Below, one piece after another: positions 11,177 through 25,897 of a DNA stretch of 64,000 nt. The stretch covers positions 4,544,001-4,608,000 of the forward strand of contig CBDDPY010000002.1 of assembly GCA_965232515.1 (NCBI GenBank), written 5' to 3'. The notes under the pieces were generated by a model. That model made no database searches. It was not told the DNA's origin and worked only from the letters and a program-made list of their open reading frames with translations. Both the position numbers and the translations under genes were made by a program. The stretch is from Alphaproteobacteria bacterium (GTDB lineage Bacteria > Pseudomonadota > Alphaproteobacteria > GCA-2731375). The number at the start of each line of letters is the position of its first letter. The first letter of the stretch is position 1.

Positions 11177-12760
11177 ATGACCGGCCTTGCCCGCTACTGC
11201 ACCGAGCTGACGGGTTGGCGGCGCGCGCTGCTCGCCATTCTGCTCGGCGCCGGCACGTCGTTGGCCTTTGCACCGTTCTTTCTGCTGCCGCTTCTGGTCG
11301 TCGGGTTTGCCGGTCTGGTGTGGCTGCTCGATGGCGCGCGCCGGGCGAGCGCGGCGTTTCTGATCGGCTGGTGTTTCGGTTTTGGGCATTTCATCGTCGG
11401 CCTTTACTGGATCGGTCACGCGTTCCTGGTCGACGCCGACCGTTTTGCCTGGCTGCTGCCCTTCGCCATAAGCCTGTTGCCGACCGGGTTGGCGCTGTTC
11501 GTTGGCGTCGTGGCGCTTGTCGTCCATGCCGTGGGCGGCGGCCGGTGGCGGCGGATTGCGGCGCTTGCCTTGGCCTGGACGCTGGCCGAATGGTTTCGTG
11601 CGCACCTGTTCACGGGCTTCCCCTGGAACCTGGTCGGCTATGCCTGGGCGTTCTCCGACGCGATGTTGCAGCCGGCGGCGCTGCTCGGCGTCTATGGGCT
11701 CAGCCTGTTGACGGTCGCGGCGGCGGCGGCGCCGGCCGCTTTGGCGAACGGTTGGCGGTCGGGGCTGCCGGTCTGCCTCGGCTTGTTTGCCGTGCTGGCG
11801 GCTGCCGGCGGCTACGGTCTGCTCCGCTTGTCCGATCCGCCGCCCGACGATGTGGCCGACATTCGCTTGCGTGTGGTCCAGCCCAACGTGGCCCAGCGGG
11901 ACAAATGGCGGCCGGAGTTGCGTGACGGACATCTGGCCCGGCTGCTCGAGCTCAGCACGACTGCGGCGGTCGAACCGCCGACCCATGTCATTTGGCCCGA
12001 GACCGCGACGCCGTTTCTGCTCGCCGCCGACGCCCGGCGACGCCACGTGATCGGTCAAATGCTGATGCCGGATCGGGTATTGATCAGCGGCGCGCCGAGA
12101 CGCGATACCGGCGCCGGCGGCGGGCGTGACGTTTGGAACAGCCTGCACGTGGTGGGCCCTGGCGGGACGGTCTTGGCGACGTACGACAAGCACCATCTGG
12201 TGCCATTCGGCGAATATCTGCCGTTCCGGCCACTGCTGTCGGCGATCGGCCTGTCGAAGCTGACGGCCGGCAGCCGGGACTTTTCGTCCGGTCCGGGGCC
12301 CGCCGTCGTCGAGATTGCCGGCCTGCCCGCCTTTCAGCCGCTGATCTGCTACGAGGTGATCTTCCCGCACCAGATCGCGCCGGGGCGGCGGCCGGCCTGG
12401 TTGCTCAACGTCACCAACGACGCCTGGTTCGGCGACGGGAGCGGTCCGCACCAGCATTTCGTGATGGCGCGGGTTCGGGCGATCGAACAGGGTATGCCGC
12501 TGATAAGAGCGGCGAACACCGGCATTTCGGGGGTTATCGACGCCTACGGCCGATCGCTCGCCAGGCTCGATCTGGGCCGCAGCGGCGTCATCGACGCCGC
12601 ATTGCCGGGTGCGCTGCCGTCGCCGCCGCTCTATGCCCGTATCGGGGACCGGCTGCTGATGCCCGTGCTGACGGCGATACTGTTGTATCTATTCTGGCGG
12701 AGGTTCTGGCGACCCAAAAATGACACAACCAAAAGTAGTGCTAATGCCTTTCATTCTTGA
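11177..12760 (+). CDS. lnt: Apolipoprotein N-acyltransferase
   Basis: TGFPWN, VQPN, WPETA, YDKHHLVPFGEY, ICYE and RAANTGIS motifs; multiple TM helices. Confidence 0.95.
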   Translation: MTGLARYCTELTGWRRALLAILLGAGTSLAFAPFFLLPLLVVGFAGLVWLLDGARRASAAFLIGWCFGFGHFIVGLYWIGHAFLVDADRFAWLLPFAISLLPTGLALFVGVVALVVHAVGGGRWRRIAALALAWTLAEWFRAHLFTGFPWNLVGYAWAFSDAMLQPAALLGVYGLSLLTVAAAAAPAALANGWRSGLPVCLGLFAVLAAAGGYGLLRLSDPPPDDVADIRLRVVQPNVAQRDKWRPELRDGHLARLLELSTTAAVEPPTHVIWPETATPFLLAADARRRHVIGQMLMPDRVLISGAPRRDTGAGGGRDVWNSLHVVGPGGTVLATYDKHHLVPFGEYLPFRPLLSAIGLSKLTAGSRDFSSGPGPAVVEIAGLPAFQPLICYEVIFPHQIAPGRRPAWLLNVTNDAWFGDGSGPHQHFVMARVRAIEQGMPLIRAANTGISGVIDAYGRSLARLDLGRSGVIDAALPGALPSPPLYARIGDRLLMPVLTAILLYLFWRRFWRPKNDTTKSSANAFHS

Positions 12761-12878
12761 CAGAATCGAATGGCAGCGACATACATTGCATCATTCAACG
12801 CGCTTCGGCGCTGATCTTAATTCCGGGCAGTGTCGTTCTCCAGCGTACAATCGAATTCAAGTCTGAGGTGCAAGAAGC

Positions 12879-13289
12879 GTGGCAGCCAATCCAAACCCCG
12901 TAGATATTCACGTCGGCAGCCGGGTACGGCTGCGCCGCACGTTGCTCGGCATGAGCCAAGAGAAGCTTGGCGCCGCCCTCAACCTGACCTTTCAGCAGGT
13001 TCAGAAATACGAGCGCGGCACCAATCGAATAGGCTCGAGCCGTCTTTATCAGCTGAGCCGAATTCTCGATGTTCCCGTCTCCTTCTTCTTCGACGATATG
13101 CCGGTCAGCGGCCATGGTGGGGCGCCGGGCCTGTCGGAGGACGGTCAGGAAACCTTCGATCACGAAAATCTATCGAAGCGGGAGACGCTCGAACTGGTGC
13201 GTGCCTACTATCGGATCAAGAATCCCGATGTTCGTAAGCGGTTGTTCGAGCTGATCAAGGCCGTGGGCGGCCAAGTCGAAGACGTCTAA
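12879..13289 (+). CDS. XRE/Cro-family HTH regulator (PhrR/PraR-like)
   Basis: [14 protein letters not shown] and [15 protein letters not shown] motifs; sits between lnt and metK as in many alphaproteobacteria. Confidence 0.88.
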   Translation: MAANPNPVDIHVGSRVRLRRTLLGMSQEKLGAALNLTFQQVQKYERGTNRIGSSRLYQLSRILDVPVSFFFDDMPVSGHGGAPGLSEDGQETFDHENLSKRETLELVRAYYRIKNPDVRKRLFELIKAVGGQVEDV

Positions 13290-13462
13290 GCGCGACCGGC
13301 GTTCGGGGCCGGCGCAAACTCCTTGACCCTGCCTGTAAAGATTGCCAAAAGGGCGCGCCCAGATTTGCAGGTGATTCACCTTTCCGTGCAAGCCTGCACC
13401 GCGGCCCGCATGGGCCGACATCTGTAGGGCGGCTCGCCGCCCCGATTACAAGGAGCCGAGCC

Positions 13463-14641
<1,179 letters not shown>

Positions 14642-14666
14642 TCCGATCGGCGGCGCCGAAGCAAGC

Positions 14667-15383
14667 GTGGCCGCCGCGCAGCATCGCAATCGTCGTACCC
14701 TTTACGGCCGCCGCAGCGGACGCAAGCTGCGGCCTGGCCGCGCGGCGTTGTTCCAAAATCGCATCGAATCCATCGGCATCGATCCATCGCTGCTCGAAGC
14801 GGGACCGCTGCAGACGAGCGCGCTGTTTCCGGCGCCGGTCGACGATGTCTGGCTGGAGATCGGATTCGGCAATGGCGAACATCTGGCGGTCCAGGCGGCC
14901 GCCAACCCTCGGGTCGGGATCGTCGGCTGCGAACCCTATATTGCCGGCGTCGCGCGATTGCTTACGTCGCTTGACGAGCGCGGCATCGGCAATGTGCGCA
15001 TTCTTATGGACGACGCCCGCCTGCTCCTGCCGGCGCTGCCGGCTGCCAGCATCGGCCGCGCCTTCCTGCTGTTCCCGGATCCGTGGCCGAAGACCAGACA
15101 TCACAAGCGGCGTTTCGTCAGTGCGTCGAACGTTGCCGAGATGGCCCGGGTTCTCAAGGACGGCGCCGAATGGCGGTTGGCGACCGACGATATGTCCTAT
15201 TGCCGGTGGATGCTGAGGCACCTGCACGACAATCCCGATTTCGCCTGGCAGGCCCGCACCGCCGGCGATTGGCGGCATCGGCCCGACGACTGGCCGGAAA
15301 CCCGCTACGAGCGAAAGGCCCTGGCGCAGAGCCGCCGGTGCGTCTACCTCCGCTATCGTCGTCAACCCCGCGGTCAGGCTTGA
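14667..15383 (+). CDS. trmB: tRNA (guanine-N7)-methyltransferase
   Basis: LEIGFGNGEH, FPDPWPK.RH.KRR, ATD and TRYE.KA motifs. Confidence 0.93.
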   Translation: MAAAQHRNRRTLYGRRSGRKLRPGRAALFQNRIESIGIDPSLLEAGPLQTSALFPAPVDDVWLEIGFGNGEHLAVQAAANPRVGIVGCEPYIAGVARLLTSLDERGIGNVRILMDDARLLLPALPAASIGRAFLLFPDPWPKTRHHKRRFVSASNVAEMARVLKDGAEWRLATDDMSYCRWMLRHLHDNPDFAWQARTAGDWRHRPDDWPETRYERKALAQSRRCVYLRYRRQPRGQA

Positions 15384-15459
15384 AAAAGCTTGCGAAGGAA
15401 CGTAATTCGAATATTATCCACGTCAGGTTCCATAGCCCGGCTGAGCGGGTAAAAGATCG

Positions 15460-15489
15460 AAAGTGGGCTCGGGGCCCACTTTTTTATTT
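15460..15489 (+). promoter_or_regulatory. Terminator-like hairpin in rimP leader (possible attenuator)
   Basis: AAAGTGGGC-tcggg-GCCCACTTT followed by a T-rich tract, about 35 nt upstream of the rimP start; resembles the conserved rimP leader hairpin. Confidence 0.7.
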
Positions 15490-15524
15490 GGAATTTCAAG
15501 ACTGAATTCAGGGTCGATGGGACC

Positions 15525-16040
15525 GTGGCGGCGACAACGCAGCAACTGGCGGAAGTGGAACGCCTGATTTCGCCGTCGATCGAGGCGATGGGATACCAAC
15601 TGGTGCAAGTACGGCAAATCGGCGGCAACCGGCAACCGACGCTGCAGATCATGGCGGAACCGGTCGAAGACCGAGAGATGACGGTCGACGATTGCGCGGA
15701 TCTGAGCCGCGCGGTGTCGGCCATTCTCGACGTCGAGGATCCGATGCCGGGGGCCTATCTGCTCGAGGTCAGCTCGCCGGGCATCGATCGGCCGCTGGTG
15801 CGCCTCGACGATTTCCAGCGGTTCGCCGGCTATGAGATACGGCTCGAGACGGAACGGCCCATCGCCGGCCGCAAACGGTATCGCGGCCGACTGCTCGGGG
15901 TGGACGACGACCGCGTGCGGATCGAGACGGACGACGACACGGCCGAGGCGGCCGAGATCCCGTTCGCCGAGATCGCCAGGGCGAAGCTCGTCCTGACCGA
16001 CGAGTTGATTGAAGCAACACTGAAGCGAAGAGGCGGATAG
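15525..16040 (+). CDS. rimP: Ribosome maturation factor RimP
   Basis: VDDCADLSRAVS..LD..DP and LEVSSPGIDRPL motifs. Confidence 0.95.
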   Translation: MAATTQQLAEVERLISPSIEAMGYQLVQVRQIGGNRQPTLQIMAEPVEDREMTVDDCADLSRAVSAILDVEDPMPGAYLLEVSSPGIDRPLVRLDDFQRFAGYEIRLETERPIAGRKRYRGRLLGVDDDRVRIETDDDTAEAAEIPFAEIARAKLVLTDELIEATLKRRGG

Positions 16041-17644
16041 TGGAAACGGAAACGGTAGTCGGCGCCAATAGGCTCGAATTGCTGCAGATCGCCGACGCGG
16101 TCGCGCGGGAAAAGGTAATCGAGCCCGACGTGGTCATCGAGGCTATGGAAGAGGCGATCCAGAAGGCGGCGCGGTCGAAATACGGCTTCGAGAACGACAT
16201 ACGCGCCGAAATCGACCGCAAGTCTGGCGATATCAAGCTGTACCGCCTGCTTGAGGTCGTTGAACTGGTCGACAACGACGCAACGCAGATTCCGCTGCCG
16301 TCGGCCCAGCGCCGCAACCCCGACGCCCGGGTTGGCGATCTGCTGTCGGAAGCCTTGCCGCCGATCGATTTCGGCCGCATCGCGGCGCAGACGGCGAAGC
16401 AGGTCATCGTGCAAAAGGTGCGCGAGGCCGAGCGTCTGCGGCAGTACGAGGAGTACAAGGACCGCATCGGCGAGATCGTCAACGGCATCGTCAAGCGGGT
16501 CGAGTACGGCAACATCATGGTCGACCTCGGCCGCGCGGAGGCGATCGTACGGCGCGACGAAATGCTGCCGCGCGAGAGCTTCCGGCAGGGCGATCGTATT
16601 CGCGCCTATATCTACGACGTGCGTCAAGAGCAGCGCGGGCCGCAGATTTTCCTGTCCCGCACGCATCCGCAGTTCATGGCCAAGCTGTTCGGCCAGGAAG
16701 TGCCGGAGATCTACGACGGCATCATCGAGATCAAGGCCGTGGCGCGCGATCCGGGCAGCCGCGCCAAGATCGCGGTGCTCTCCAACGACTCGTCGATCGA
16801 TCCGGTGGGCGCTTGCGTCGGTATGCGCGGCAGCCGCGTGCAGGCCGTGGTGAACGAACTGCAGGGCGAAAAGATCGACATCATTCAGTGGTCGCCCGAC
16901 GAGGCGACATTCCTGGTGAACGGCTTGGCGCCCGCGGAAGTCTCCAAGGTGGTGATGGACGAGGAGGCGCGGAAGTTCGAGGTCGTGGTGCCGGACGAAC
17001 AGCTCAGCTTGGCCATTGGCCGGCGCGGTCAGAACGTCCGCCTGGCCTCGCAACTGACCGGCTGGGACATCGACATCCTGACCGAGACCGAGGAGTCCGA
17101 GCGGCGTCAGGAAGAGCTGCGCCAGCGCAGCCAGATGTTCATGGATACGCTCAATATCGACGAGATGATGTCGCAACTGCTGGCCACCGAAGGATTTACC
17201 AGCGTCGAGGACGTGGCCTTCGTGCCGATCGAGGAGATCATGGCGCTGGAAGGCTTCGATGAGGAGCTGTCGGATGCATTGCAGGCGCGCGCGCGGGAAT
17301 ATCTGGCCGAGCGGGACGCCGCCTATGAGGTGCAGCGGCAGGAGCTTGGCGTCGATGACGCCATCGCCGCCATCGAAGGCTTGTCGCCGGCGATGCTGGT
17401 GATGTTGGGCGAGAATGGCGTGAAAACGCTCGACGACCTCGCCGATCTCGCCAGCGATGAACTGACCGATCGCGAGAGTGGCATCCTCAGATCCTTCGAT
17501 CTGAACGAGGATGAAGCGAACGCGATCATCATGGCGGCGCGCGCGCACTGGTTCGATGATGACGAGGCGCCGGCCGAGGCCGACGCCGCTGTGGTAACGG
17601 AAGCCGATGTCGGAAACGTCGCCGAAACGGAGGAGCAAGCCTAG
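16040..17644 (+). CDS. nusA: Transcription termination/antitermination factor NusA
   Basis: FGRIAAQTAKQVI, S1 and KH domains (ARDPGSRAK, AIGRRGQNVRLA) and acidic C-terminal repeats. Confidence 0.97.
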   Translation: METETVVGANRLELLQIADAVAREKVIEPDVVIEAMEEAIQKAARSKYGFENDIRAEIDRKSGDIKLYRLLEVVELVDNDATQIPLPSAQRRNPDARVGDLLSEALPPIDFGRIAAQTAKQVIVQKVREAERLRQYEEYKDRIGEIVNGIVKRVEYGNIMVDLGRAEAIVRRDEMLPRESFRQGDRIRAYIYDVRQEQRGPQIFLSRTHPQFMAKLFGQEVPEIYDGIIEIKAVARDPGSRAKIAVLSNDSSIDPVGACVGMRGSRVQAVVNELQGEKIDIIQWSPDEATFLVNGLAPAEVSKVVMDEEARKFEVVVPDEQLSLAIGRRGQNVRLASQLTGWDIDILTETEESERRQEELRQRSQMFMDTLNIDEMMSQLLATEGFTSVEDVAFVPIEEIMALEGFDEELSDALQARAREYLAERDAAYEVQRQELGVDDAIAAIEGLSPAMLVMLGENGVKTLDDLADLASDELTDRESGILRSFDLNEDEANAIIMAARAHWFDDDEAPAEADAAVVTEADVGNVAETEEQA

Positions 17645-18274
17645 GCCGGGGGCGCCGCAGAACCCGGTCCGCCGCTGCCTGGCGACGGGCGAGGTCGCTG
17701 ACAAGTCCGAGTTGGTGCGTTTTGTCGTCGGTCCGGACGAGGCGGTCGTGCCGGACGTCGATGGCAAGCTGCCGGGACGCGGCATGTGGGTCTCGGCGTC
17801 GCGCGAAGCCATCGATCGGGCCGTTGCCAAACGGCTGTTCTCGCGTGCGGCGAAACGGGCCGTCGTCGCGCCGGCCGATCTCGCGGATACCGTCGAGGCA
17901 CTGCTCGCGCGCCGCTGCCTGAGCTTTCTGGGGCTGGCGGTCCGTGCCGGCGAAGCGGCAACGGGCTTCGAGAAGGTGCGCGAACTGCTGCGAAAGCGGC
18001 ATGCCGTGGTTCTGTTGGCGGCGTCCGATGCCGCGGACGACGGTCGTGACAAACTGGCACGCCTGGCGGATGGCTTGCCGGTCATTGGGTTGTTTACCAG
18101 GGCCGAATTGAGCTTAGCCATCGGCCGCGAAAATGTGGTACATGCTGCGCTGCGCCGTGGCGGATTGGCGGACCGGTTCGTCGTCGAAGCAGCGCGCTTA
18201 TGCGGATTTCGGGGTTCTGGTACGCCGACATCAGCTCGTGGCGCAGGCAGCAGGACGGAGCGGGAAGACGTAAC

Positions 18275-18278
<4 letters not shown>
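17607..18278 (+). CDS. RNA-binding protein, YlxR (DUF448) + L7Ae-like fusion
   Basis: RRCLATG..LVRFV..D..KLPGRG.W followed by an L7Ae-like half ([16 protein letters not shown]); between nusA and infB. Confidence 0.88.
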
Positions 18279-20881
<2,603 letters not shown>

Positions 20882-20930
20882 GCGCGCGCCTGACCCGTCC
20901 CGTACGTAGTTCTTTTCCGAAGGTGATGGC

Positions 20931-21389
20931 ATGGCGAAATCGCGCGGTGCCCCGGCCCGGATCGACGATCCGCGCGGCCTGACGCAGCGGCAGCTGCGCG
21001 TCGGCGAACTGGTGCGCCAGGCGCTGAGCGAGATCCTGACCCGTGGCGAGATCCGCGATCCGGCGCTGCATGACGTCGCGATCACGGTGTCCGAAGCCCG
21101 CGCCAGCGCCGATCTGCGCCATGCCGTCTGTTTCGTCGTGCCGCTGGGCGGCCGCAACACCGATACGGTGGTGGCGGCCCTGAACCGGAATGCCGCCTGG
21201 CTCTCCGGCCAGGTCGCGCGGCGGGTGCAACTGAAATTCGCGCCCCGGGTCAGCTTTAAAGCCGACGAAAGCTTCGATCAGGCCGATCGCATCGGCGCCC
21301 TGCTCCGGCGCGGGGACGTCGCGGCCGATCTGGCATCGGACCATGATGCCGACCCCACCGACGACGGGGACCGGACGGGTGGCCCGTAA
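20931..21389 (+). CDS. rbfA: Ribosome-binding factor A
   Basis: RQLRVGELVRQALSE, S.DLRHA and KFAP..F..DESF motifs. Confidence 0.94.
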   Translation: MAKSRGAPARIDDPRGLTQRQLRVGELVRQALSEILTRGEIRDPALHDVAITVSEARASADLRHAVCFVVPLGGRNTDTVVAALNRNAAWLSGQVARRVQLKFAPRVSFKADESFDQADRIGALLRRGDVAADLASDHDADPTDDGDRTGGP

Positions 21390-22275
21390 GCGTCGGGGAC
21401 GGCCGGTCAACGGCTGGATTGTCCTCGACAAGCCGGCCGGCATGACCTCGACCCGCGCCGTGTCCGAGGTTCGGCGTCTGTTCCAGGCCGCTAAGGCCGG
21501 GCATGCGGGGACGCTCGATCCGCTGGCCACGGGCGTGCTGCCGATCGCGCTCGGCGAGGCGACCAAAGCCATGGCCTTTGTCGTTGATTCCGGCAAGACC
21601 TATCGTTTCAGCCTGTGCTGGGGCCAGGAACGCGATACCGACGATTCCGAGGGCGGTGTCGTGGCGGAGTCGGCCGAACGGCCGGAACGGGAGGCGGTCG
21701 AGCGGGCGCTTGCCGATTTCGTGGGCGAGATCCGTCAGCGGCCGCCGGCCTATTCGGCCATCAAGGTCGACGGCGAGCGGGCCTACGATCTGGCCCGGGC
21801 GGGAAGCCCGCCCGAGCTGGAACCGCGCATTGTCCGGATCGACGCGTTGCGTCTGGTCGATTGGCAGCCGCCCGACGCGGCCAGCTTCGAGATGTGCTGC
21901 GGCAAGGGGGCCTATGTGCGGGCCATCGCCCGGGACCTCGGCCGCGCGCTGGGCTGTCTGGCCTACGTCTCGGCCCTGCGCCGGACCCGGGTCGGACCGT
22001 TTGACGAGGCGGCTGCAATTTCGCTGGATAAATTACAGACCATCGGGCATAAAGAGCCGCCCGAAGGGGCATTGTTGCCGGTTGAGACCGCGCTGGCCGA
22101 CATCCCGGCGCTGGCCGTGACCGGCTCGGAGGCTTCCCGACTTAGATGTGGGCAGGCCGTCCGGGTACCCAGCAGTATGGAAGGCACGATATACGCCACA
22201 GCCGAAGGTCGGCCCGTGGCACTCGCCCAGATTTCGGGCGGAGAAGTGCGTCCGGTGCGGGTATTTAACCTCTGA
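21379..22275 (+). CDS. truB: tRNA pseudouridine(55) synthase
   Basis: LDKPAGMTS, GHAGTLDPLATG, PP.YSAIK and KGAYVR motifs; probable GTG start (MARKRRG). Confidence 0.95.
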   Translation: MARKRRGRPVNGWIVLDKPAGMTSTRAVSEVRRLFQAAKAGHAGTLDPLATGVLPIALGEATKAMAFVVDSGKTYRFSLCWGQERDTDDSEGGVVAESAERPEREAVERALADFVGEIRQRPPAYSAIKVDGERAYDLARAGSPPELEPRIVRIDALRLVDWQPPDAASFEMCCGKGAYVRAIARDLGRALGCLAYVSALRRTRVGPFDEAAAISLDKLQTIGHKEPPEGALLPVETALADIPALAVTGSEASRLRCGQAVRVPSSMEGTIYATAEGRPVALAQISGGEVRPVRVFNL

Positions 22276-22293
22276 CCGACAGGAGTTTTGACG

Positions 22294-22563
22294 ATGTCGA
22301 TCACAGCCGAGCGTAAAGGCGAGCTCATCAAGGAGTTCGCGGTAAAGGACGGCGACACAGGCTCGCCGGAAGTACAGGTGGCCATCCTGACCGAACGGAT
22401 CGTCAACCTGACGGAGCATTTCAAGACCCACAAGAAAGACAATCACTCGCGTCGCGGGCTGCTGAAGATGGTCAGCCAGCGTCGGCGGCTGCTCGACTAC
22501 CTCAAGCGCAAGGACAGCGCCCGGTATGAGCAGGTGATCAAGCGGCTTGGCCTCCGCAAGTAA
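22294..22563 (+). CDS. rpsO: 30S ribosomal protein S15
   Basis: [10 protein letters not shown] and [11 protein letters not shown] motifs; AGGAG RBS. Confidence 0.98.
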   Translation: MSITAERKGELIKEFAVKDGDTGSPEVQVAILTERIVNLTEHFKTHKKDNHSRRGLLKMVSQRRRLLDYLKRKDSARYEQVIKRLGLRK

Positions 22564-22747
22564 CGGCCACACGGTGTCACGACAGCGGTCGATCGGCCAT
22601 GGCCGTCGACGGAACGATCCGGTGACCCCGGTCCGGCAACGGGCCGGTGCGGTCGCGCGGATGCGTTGCTGCGTGCCGCGCAGGTAAGCAATGGGCCGGC
22701 GGCGCAAGGGCGCCGTGTGACGGCCACGACCGAAGAAAGAAGAGAGA

Positions 22748-24889
22748 ATGTTCAACATACATCGCAAGGAACTGGATTGGGGCGGGCGCAAGCTCGTGAT
22801 CGAGACTGGCCGCATGGCCCGGCAATCCGATGGCGCCGTACTGGTGACCTACGACGAGACCGCCGTATTGTGCACGGCCGTCGCCGCCAAGGAGCCGCGC
22901 GCCGGCATCGATTTCTTCCCTCTCACCGTTCACTATGTCGAGAAGACCTACGCCGCCGGAAAAATCCCCGGCGGCTTTTTCAAGCGTGAAGGCCGGCCCG
23001 CGGAAAAGGAGGTCTTGACCTCACGCCTGATCGACCGGCCGATCCGGCCGTTGTTCGCACCGGGTTTCCGGAACGAAACCCAGATCATCTGTACGACGCT
23101 CAGCCACGATCTGGAGAACGATCCCGATATCGTGGCGATGATCGGCACCTCGGCCGCGCTTACCTTGTCGGGCATCCCGTTCATGGGTCCGATCGGCGCC
23201 GCCCGGGTCGGTTACATCGATGGTCAGTATGTGCTCAATCCGCGTCTGGACGAACTGCCGTCCAGCGACCTCGACATGGTCGTCGCCGGCACGCCGGACG
23301 CGGTGATGATGGTCGAATCCGAGGCCAAGGAGCTGTCGGAAGACGTCATGCTGGGCGCGGTGATGTTCGCCCATCGTGAGTTCCAGCCAGTGATCAACGC
23401 GATCATCGAGCTGGCCGAAGCCTGCGCCAAGGAGCCCTGGGATCTGCCGGAACCGGTCGATCACGGCGATCTGGCCGACAGGCTCGCCGCCCTGGTCGAG
23501 ACCGATCTGCGCAGCGCCTATGCCGAGCCGGTAAAGCAGGCCCGGGTCGAGAAGATCGCTGCCGTGAAGAGCCGCGCCGTCGAGAGTCTGGCCGGCGAGG
23601 AAGCGGGCGATACGGCCGCAGACCCAAGCGATGTCGGCGATCTGTTCAAGAAGCTCGAGAAGAACGTGGTCCGGGGCCAGATCCTGGATACCGGCAACCG
23701 CATTGATGGCCGCGATACCCGGACGGTACGGCCGATCGTTTCCGAAGTCGGCGTGCTGCCCCGCACCCATGGCGCTGCCCTGTTCACGCGTGGCGAGACG
23801 CAGGCCCTGGTGGTGACGACGCTCGGCACCGGCGAGGATGAGCAGTTCGTCGATGCGCTCGAGGGCGAGTACCGGCAGCACTTCATGCTGCACTACAATT
23901 TCCCGCCCTATTCCGTCGGCGAAGCCGGACGGTTCGGCTTCACCGGCCGACGCGAAATCGGCCACGGCAAGCTGGCCTGGCGGGCGCTGCACGCCGTGCT
24001 GCCGGACAAGGAAGAATTCCCCTACACGATCCGCATCGTCTCGGAGATTACCGAGTCGAACGGCTCGTCGTCGATGGCGACGGTTTGCGGCGCGTCATTG
24101 TCCATGATGGACGCCGGCGTGCCGTTGGCGCGGCCCGTAGCCGGCATCGCCATGGGCCTGATTCTCGAAGGCGAGAAGTACGCAATACTGTCGGACATCC
24201 TTGGCGACGAGGATCATCTCGGCGACATGGACTTCAAGGTCGCCGGCACCACCGACGGCGTCACCTCGCTGCAGATGGACATCAAGGTTGCCGGCATCAC
24301 CGAAGCGATCATGCGCGATGCGCTGTCGCAGGCCCAGGAAGGCCGCCTGCACATTCTCGGCGAGATGGGCAAGGCGATCGGTGAGTCACGGCCGGATCTG
24401 AAGAAGACCGCGCCGCGCATTCACGCCATGAAGATCAACACCGACAAGATCCGCGACGTGATCGGCAGCGGCGGCAAGGTGATCCGCGAGATCACCGAGA
24501 AGACCGGCAGCAAGATCGATATCGGCGATGACGGTACGATCAAAATCGCCTCGCCGAACCAGGAGAACATCGACGCGGCGGTGAAGTGGATCAGCGATAT
24601 CGTGGCCGAGCCAGAAGTCGGCGTGATCTACCGCGGCAAGGTGGTCAAGGTCGTCGATTTCGGCGCCTTCATCAACTTCATCGGCAACCGGGACGGCCTC
24701 TGCCACATTTCCGAGCTGGCGCCTTACCGCGTCAAGCAGGTGACGGACATCATCAAGGAAGGCGATGAGGTCTGGGTCAAGTGCCTGGGTATCGACGATC
24801 GCGGCAAGGTGCGCCTGTCGATGAAGGTCGTCGATCAGGAAACCGGCCAGGAGATCGCGCCGCAAGCCCAAGAGGCGGGCGCCGAATAA
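22748..24889 (+). CDS. pnp: Polyribonucleotide nucleotidyltransferase (PNPase)
   Basis: [30 protein letters not shown], then KH and S1 domains. Confidence 0.98.
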   Translation: MFNIHRKELDWGGRKLVIETGRMARQSDGAVLVTYDETAVLCTAVAAKEPRAGIDFFPLTVHYVEKTYAAGKIPGGFFKREGRPAEKEVLTSRLIDRPIRPLFAPGFRNETQIICTTLSHDLENDPDIVAMIGTSAALTLSGIPFMGPIGAARVGYIDGQYVLNPRLDELPSSDLDMVVAGTPDAVMMVESEAKELSEDVMLGAVMFAHREFQPVINAIIELAEACAKEPWDLPEPVDHGDLADRLAALVETDLRSAYAEPVKQARVEKIAAVKSRAVESLAGEEAGDTAADPSDVGDLFKKLEKNVVRGQILDTGNRIDGRDTRTVRPIVSEVGVLPRTHGAALFTRGETQALVVTTLGTGEDEQFVDALEGEYRQHFMLHYNFPPYSVGEAGRFGFTGRREIGHGKLAWRALHAVLPDKEEFPYTIRIVSEITESNGSSSMATVCGASLSMMDAGVPLARPVAGIAMGLILEGEKYAILSDILGDEDHLGDMDFKVAGTTDGVTSLQMDIKVAGITEAIMRDALSQAQEGRLHILGEMGKAIGESRPDLKKTAPRIHAMKINTDKIRDVIGSGGKVIREITEKTGSKIDIGDDGTIKIASPNQENIDAAVKWISDIVAEPEVGVIYRGKVVKVVDFGAFINFIGNRDGLCHISELAPYRVKQVTDIIKEGDEVWVKCLGIDDRGKVRLSMKVVDQETGQEIAPQAQEAGAE

Positions 24890-24937
24890 GCGCGCGCCTT
24901 CGGGCGAATTCAGTTTGGGGGTCAGTCTGGGAGACGG

Positions 24938-24967
24938 AAAAGCGCGGGCCAAAGCCCGCGCTTTTTT
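24938..24967. terminator. Bidirectional rho-independent terminator between pnp and fabI
   Basis: AAAAGCGCGGGC-caaa-GCCCGCGCTTTTTT between convergent genes. Confidence 0.85.
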
Positions 24968-25000
24968 CGTTTCGGATGCGGCGCCCTGGTTCCCTTGGCC

Positions 25001-25813
25001 TCAGGACGAGCCGTTGTTCGGATTTGGAATGCCGACGACGTGGAAGCCCGCGTCCACGTGCATGACCTCGCCGGTGACGCCTCGGGACAGATCGCTCAAC
25101 AGATAGAGCGCGGCCGAGCCGACCTCGTCGAGCTGTACGTTGCGCCGCAACGGTGCGTGGTCGCGATTGTAATGATAGACGTAACGGGCATCGCCGATCG
25201 CCGAGCCGGCCAGCGTGCGCATCGGACCGGCAGACAGCGCGTTGACCCGGATCGAGCGCGGGCCGAGATCGTTGGCGAGATACCGCACGCTCGCTTCCAA
25301 CGCCGCTTTGGCAACGCCCATCACGTTATAGCTCGGCATCACGCGTTCGGCGCCGAGATAGGTCAACGTCACCAGGCTGCCGCCGTTCGTCATCAGCGCA
25401 GCCGCGCGTCGGGCGATGTCGGTGAACGAATAGCAGGAGATGCGCATGGTCCGCGCGAAGTTCTGCCGCGTCGTGTCGACATAACGGCCGCGCAGCTCGT
25501 TCTTGTCGGAATAGGCGACGGCGTGAACCACGAAGTCGAGGCTGCCCCAACTGTCCGCCAGCGTCGCGAACGCGTCATCCAGCGTCGCCGCGTTCTCCAC
25601 GTCGCAGGGCATGATCAGGTCCGCGCCCGTCGACTTCGCCAACGGTTCGACCCGCTTGCGCAGCGCATCGTCCTGATAGGTAAAGGCCATGGCGGCGCCG
25701 TGCCGCGCCAGCATGCGGGCAATACCCCAGGCTATGGAGTGATCGTTCGCGACCCCAATGACAAGCCCCCGCTTGCCGGCCATCAGCCCCTGCTTTTCAC
25801 CGGCCCCTGACAT
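25001..25813 (-). CDS. fabI: Enoyl-ACP reductase FabI
   Basis: GVANDHSIAWGIA, YNVMGVAKAALE and SAGP.RTLA motifs; start uncertain (25813, 25840 or 25867). Confidence 0.94.
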   Translation of the reverse strand: MSGAGEKQGLMAGKRGLVIGVANDHSIAWGIARMLARHGAAMAFTYQDDALRKRVEPLAKSTGADLIMPCDVENAATLDDAFATLADSWGSLDFVVHAVAYSDKNELRGRYVDTTRQNFARTMRISCYSFTDIARRAAALMTNGGSLVTLTYLGAERVMPSYNVMGVAKAALEASVRYLANDLGPRSIRVNALSAGPMRTLAGSAIGDARYVYHYNRDHAPLRRNVQLDEVGSAALYLLSDLSRGVTGEVMHVDAGFHVVGIPNPNNGSS

Positions 25814-25897
25814 CTGCTCATTTTCGACTGGTTGTCTCATGCCTTTCCCGGTCGACGACGACCCCATGTACCGTAGTTACGTTACGACGTCGGTCGG

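Noticed and set aside
13366-13400. SAM-II (SAM-alpha) riboswitch upstream of metK (TGCAGG-TGATT...GCAAG-CCTGCA hairpin)
   Set aside because: It resembles the P1 stem and loop only superficially, and the 3' GCTAAA pseudoknot segment is absent. An Infernal/Rfam search would settle it.
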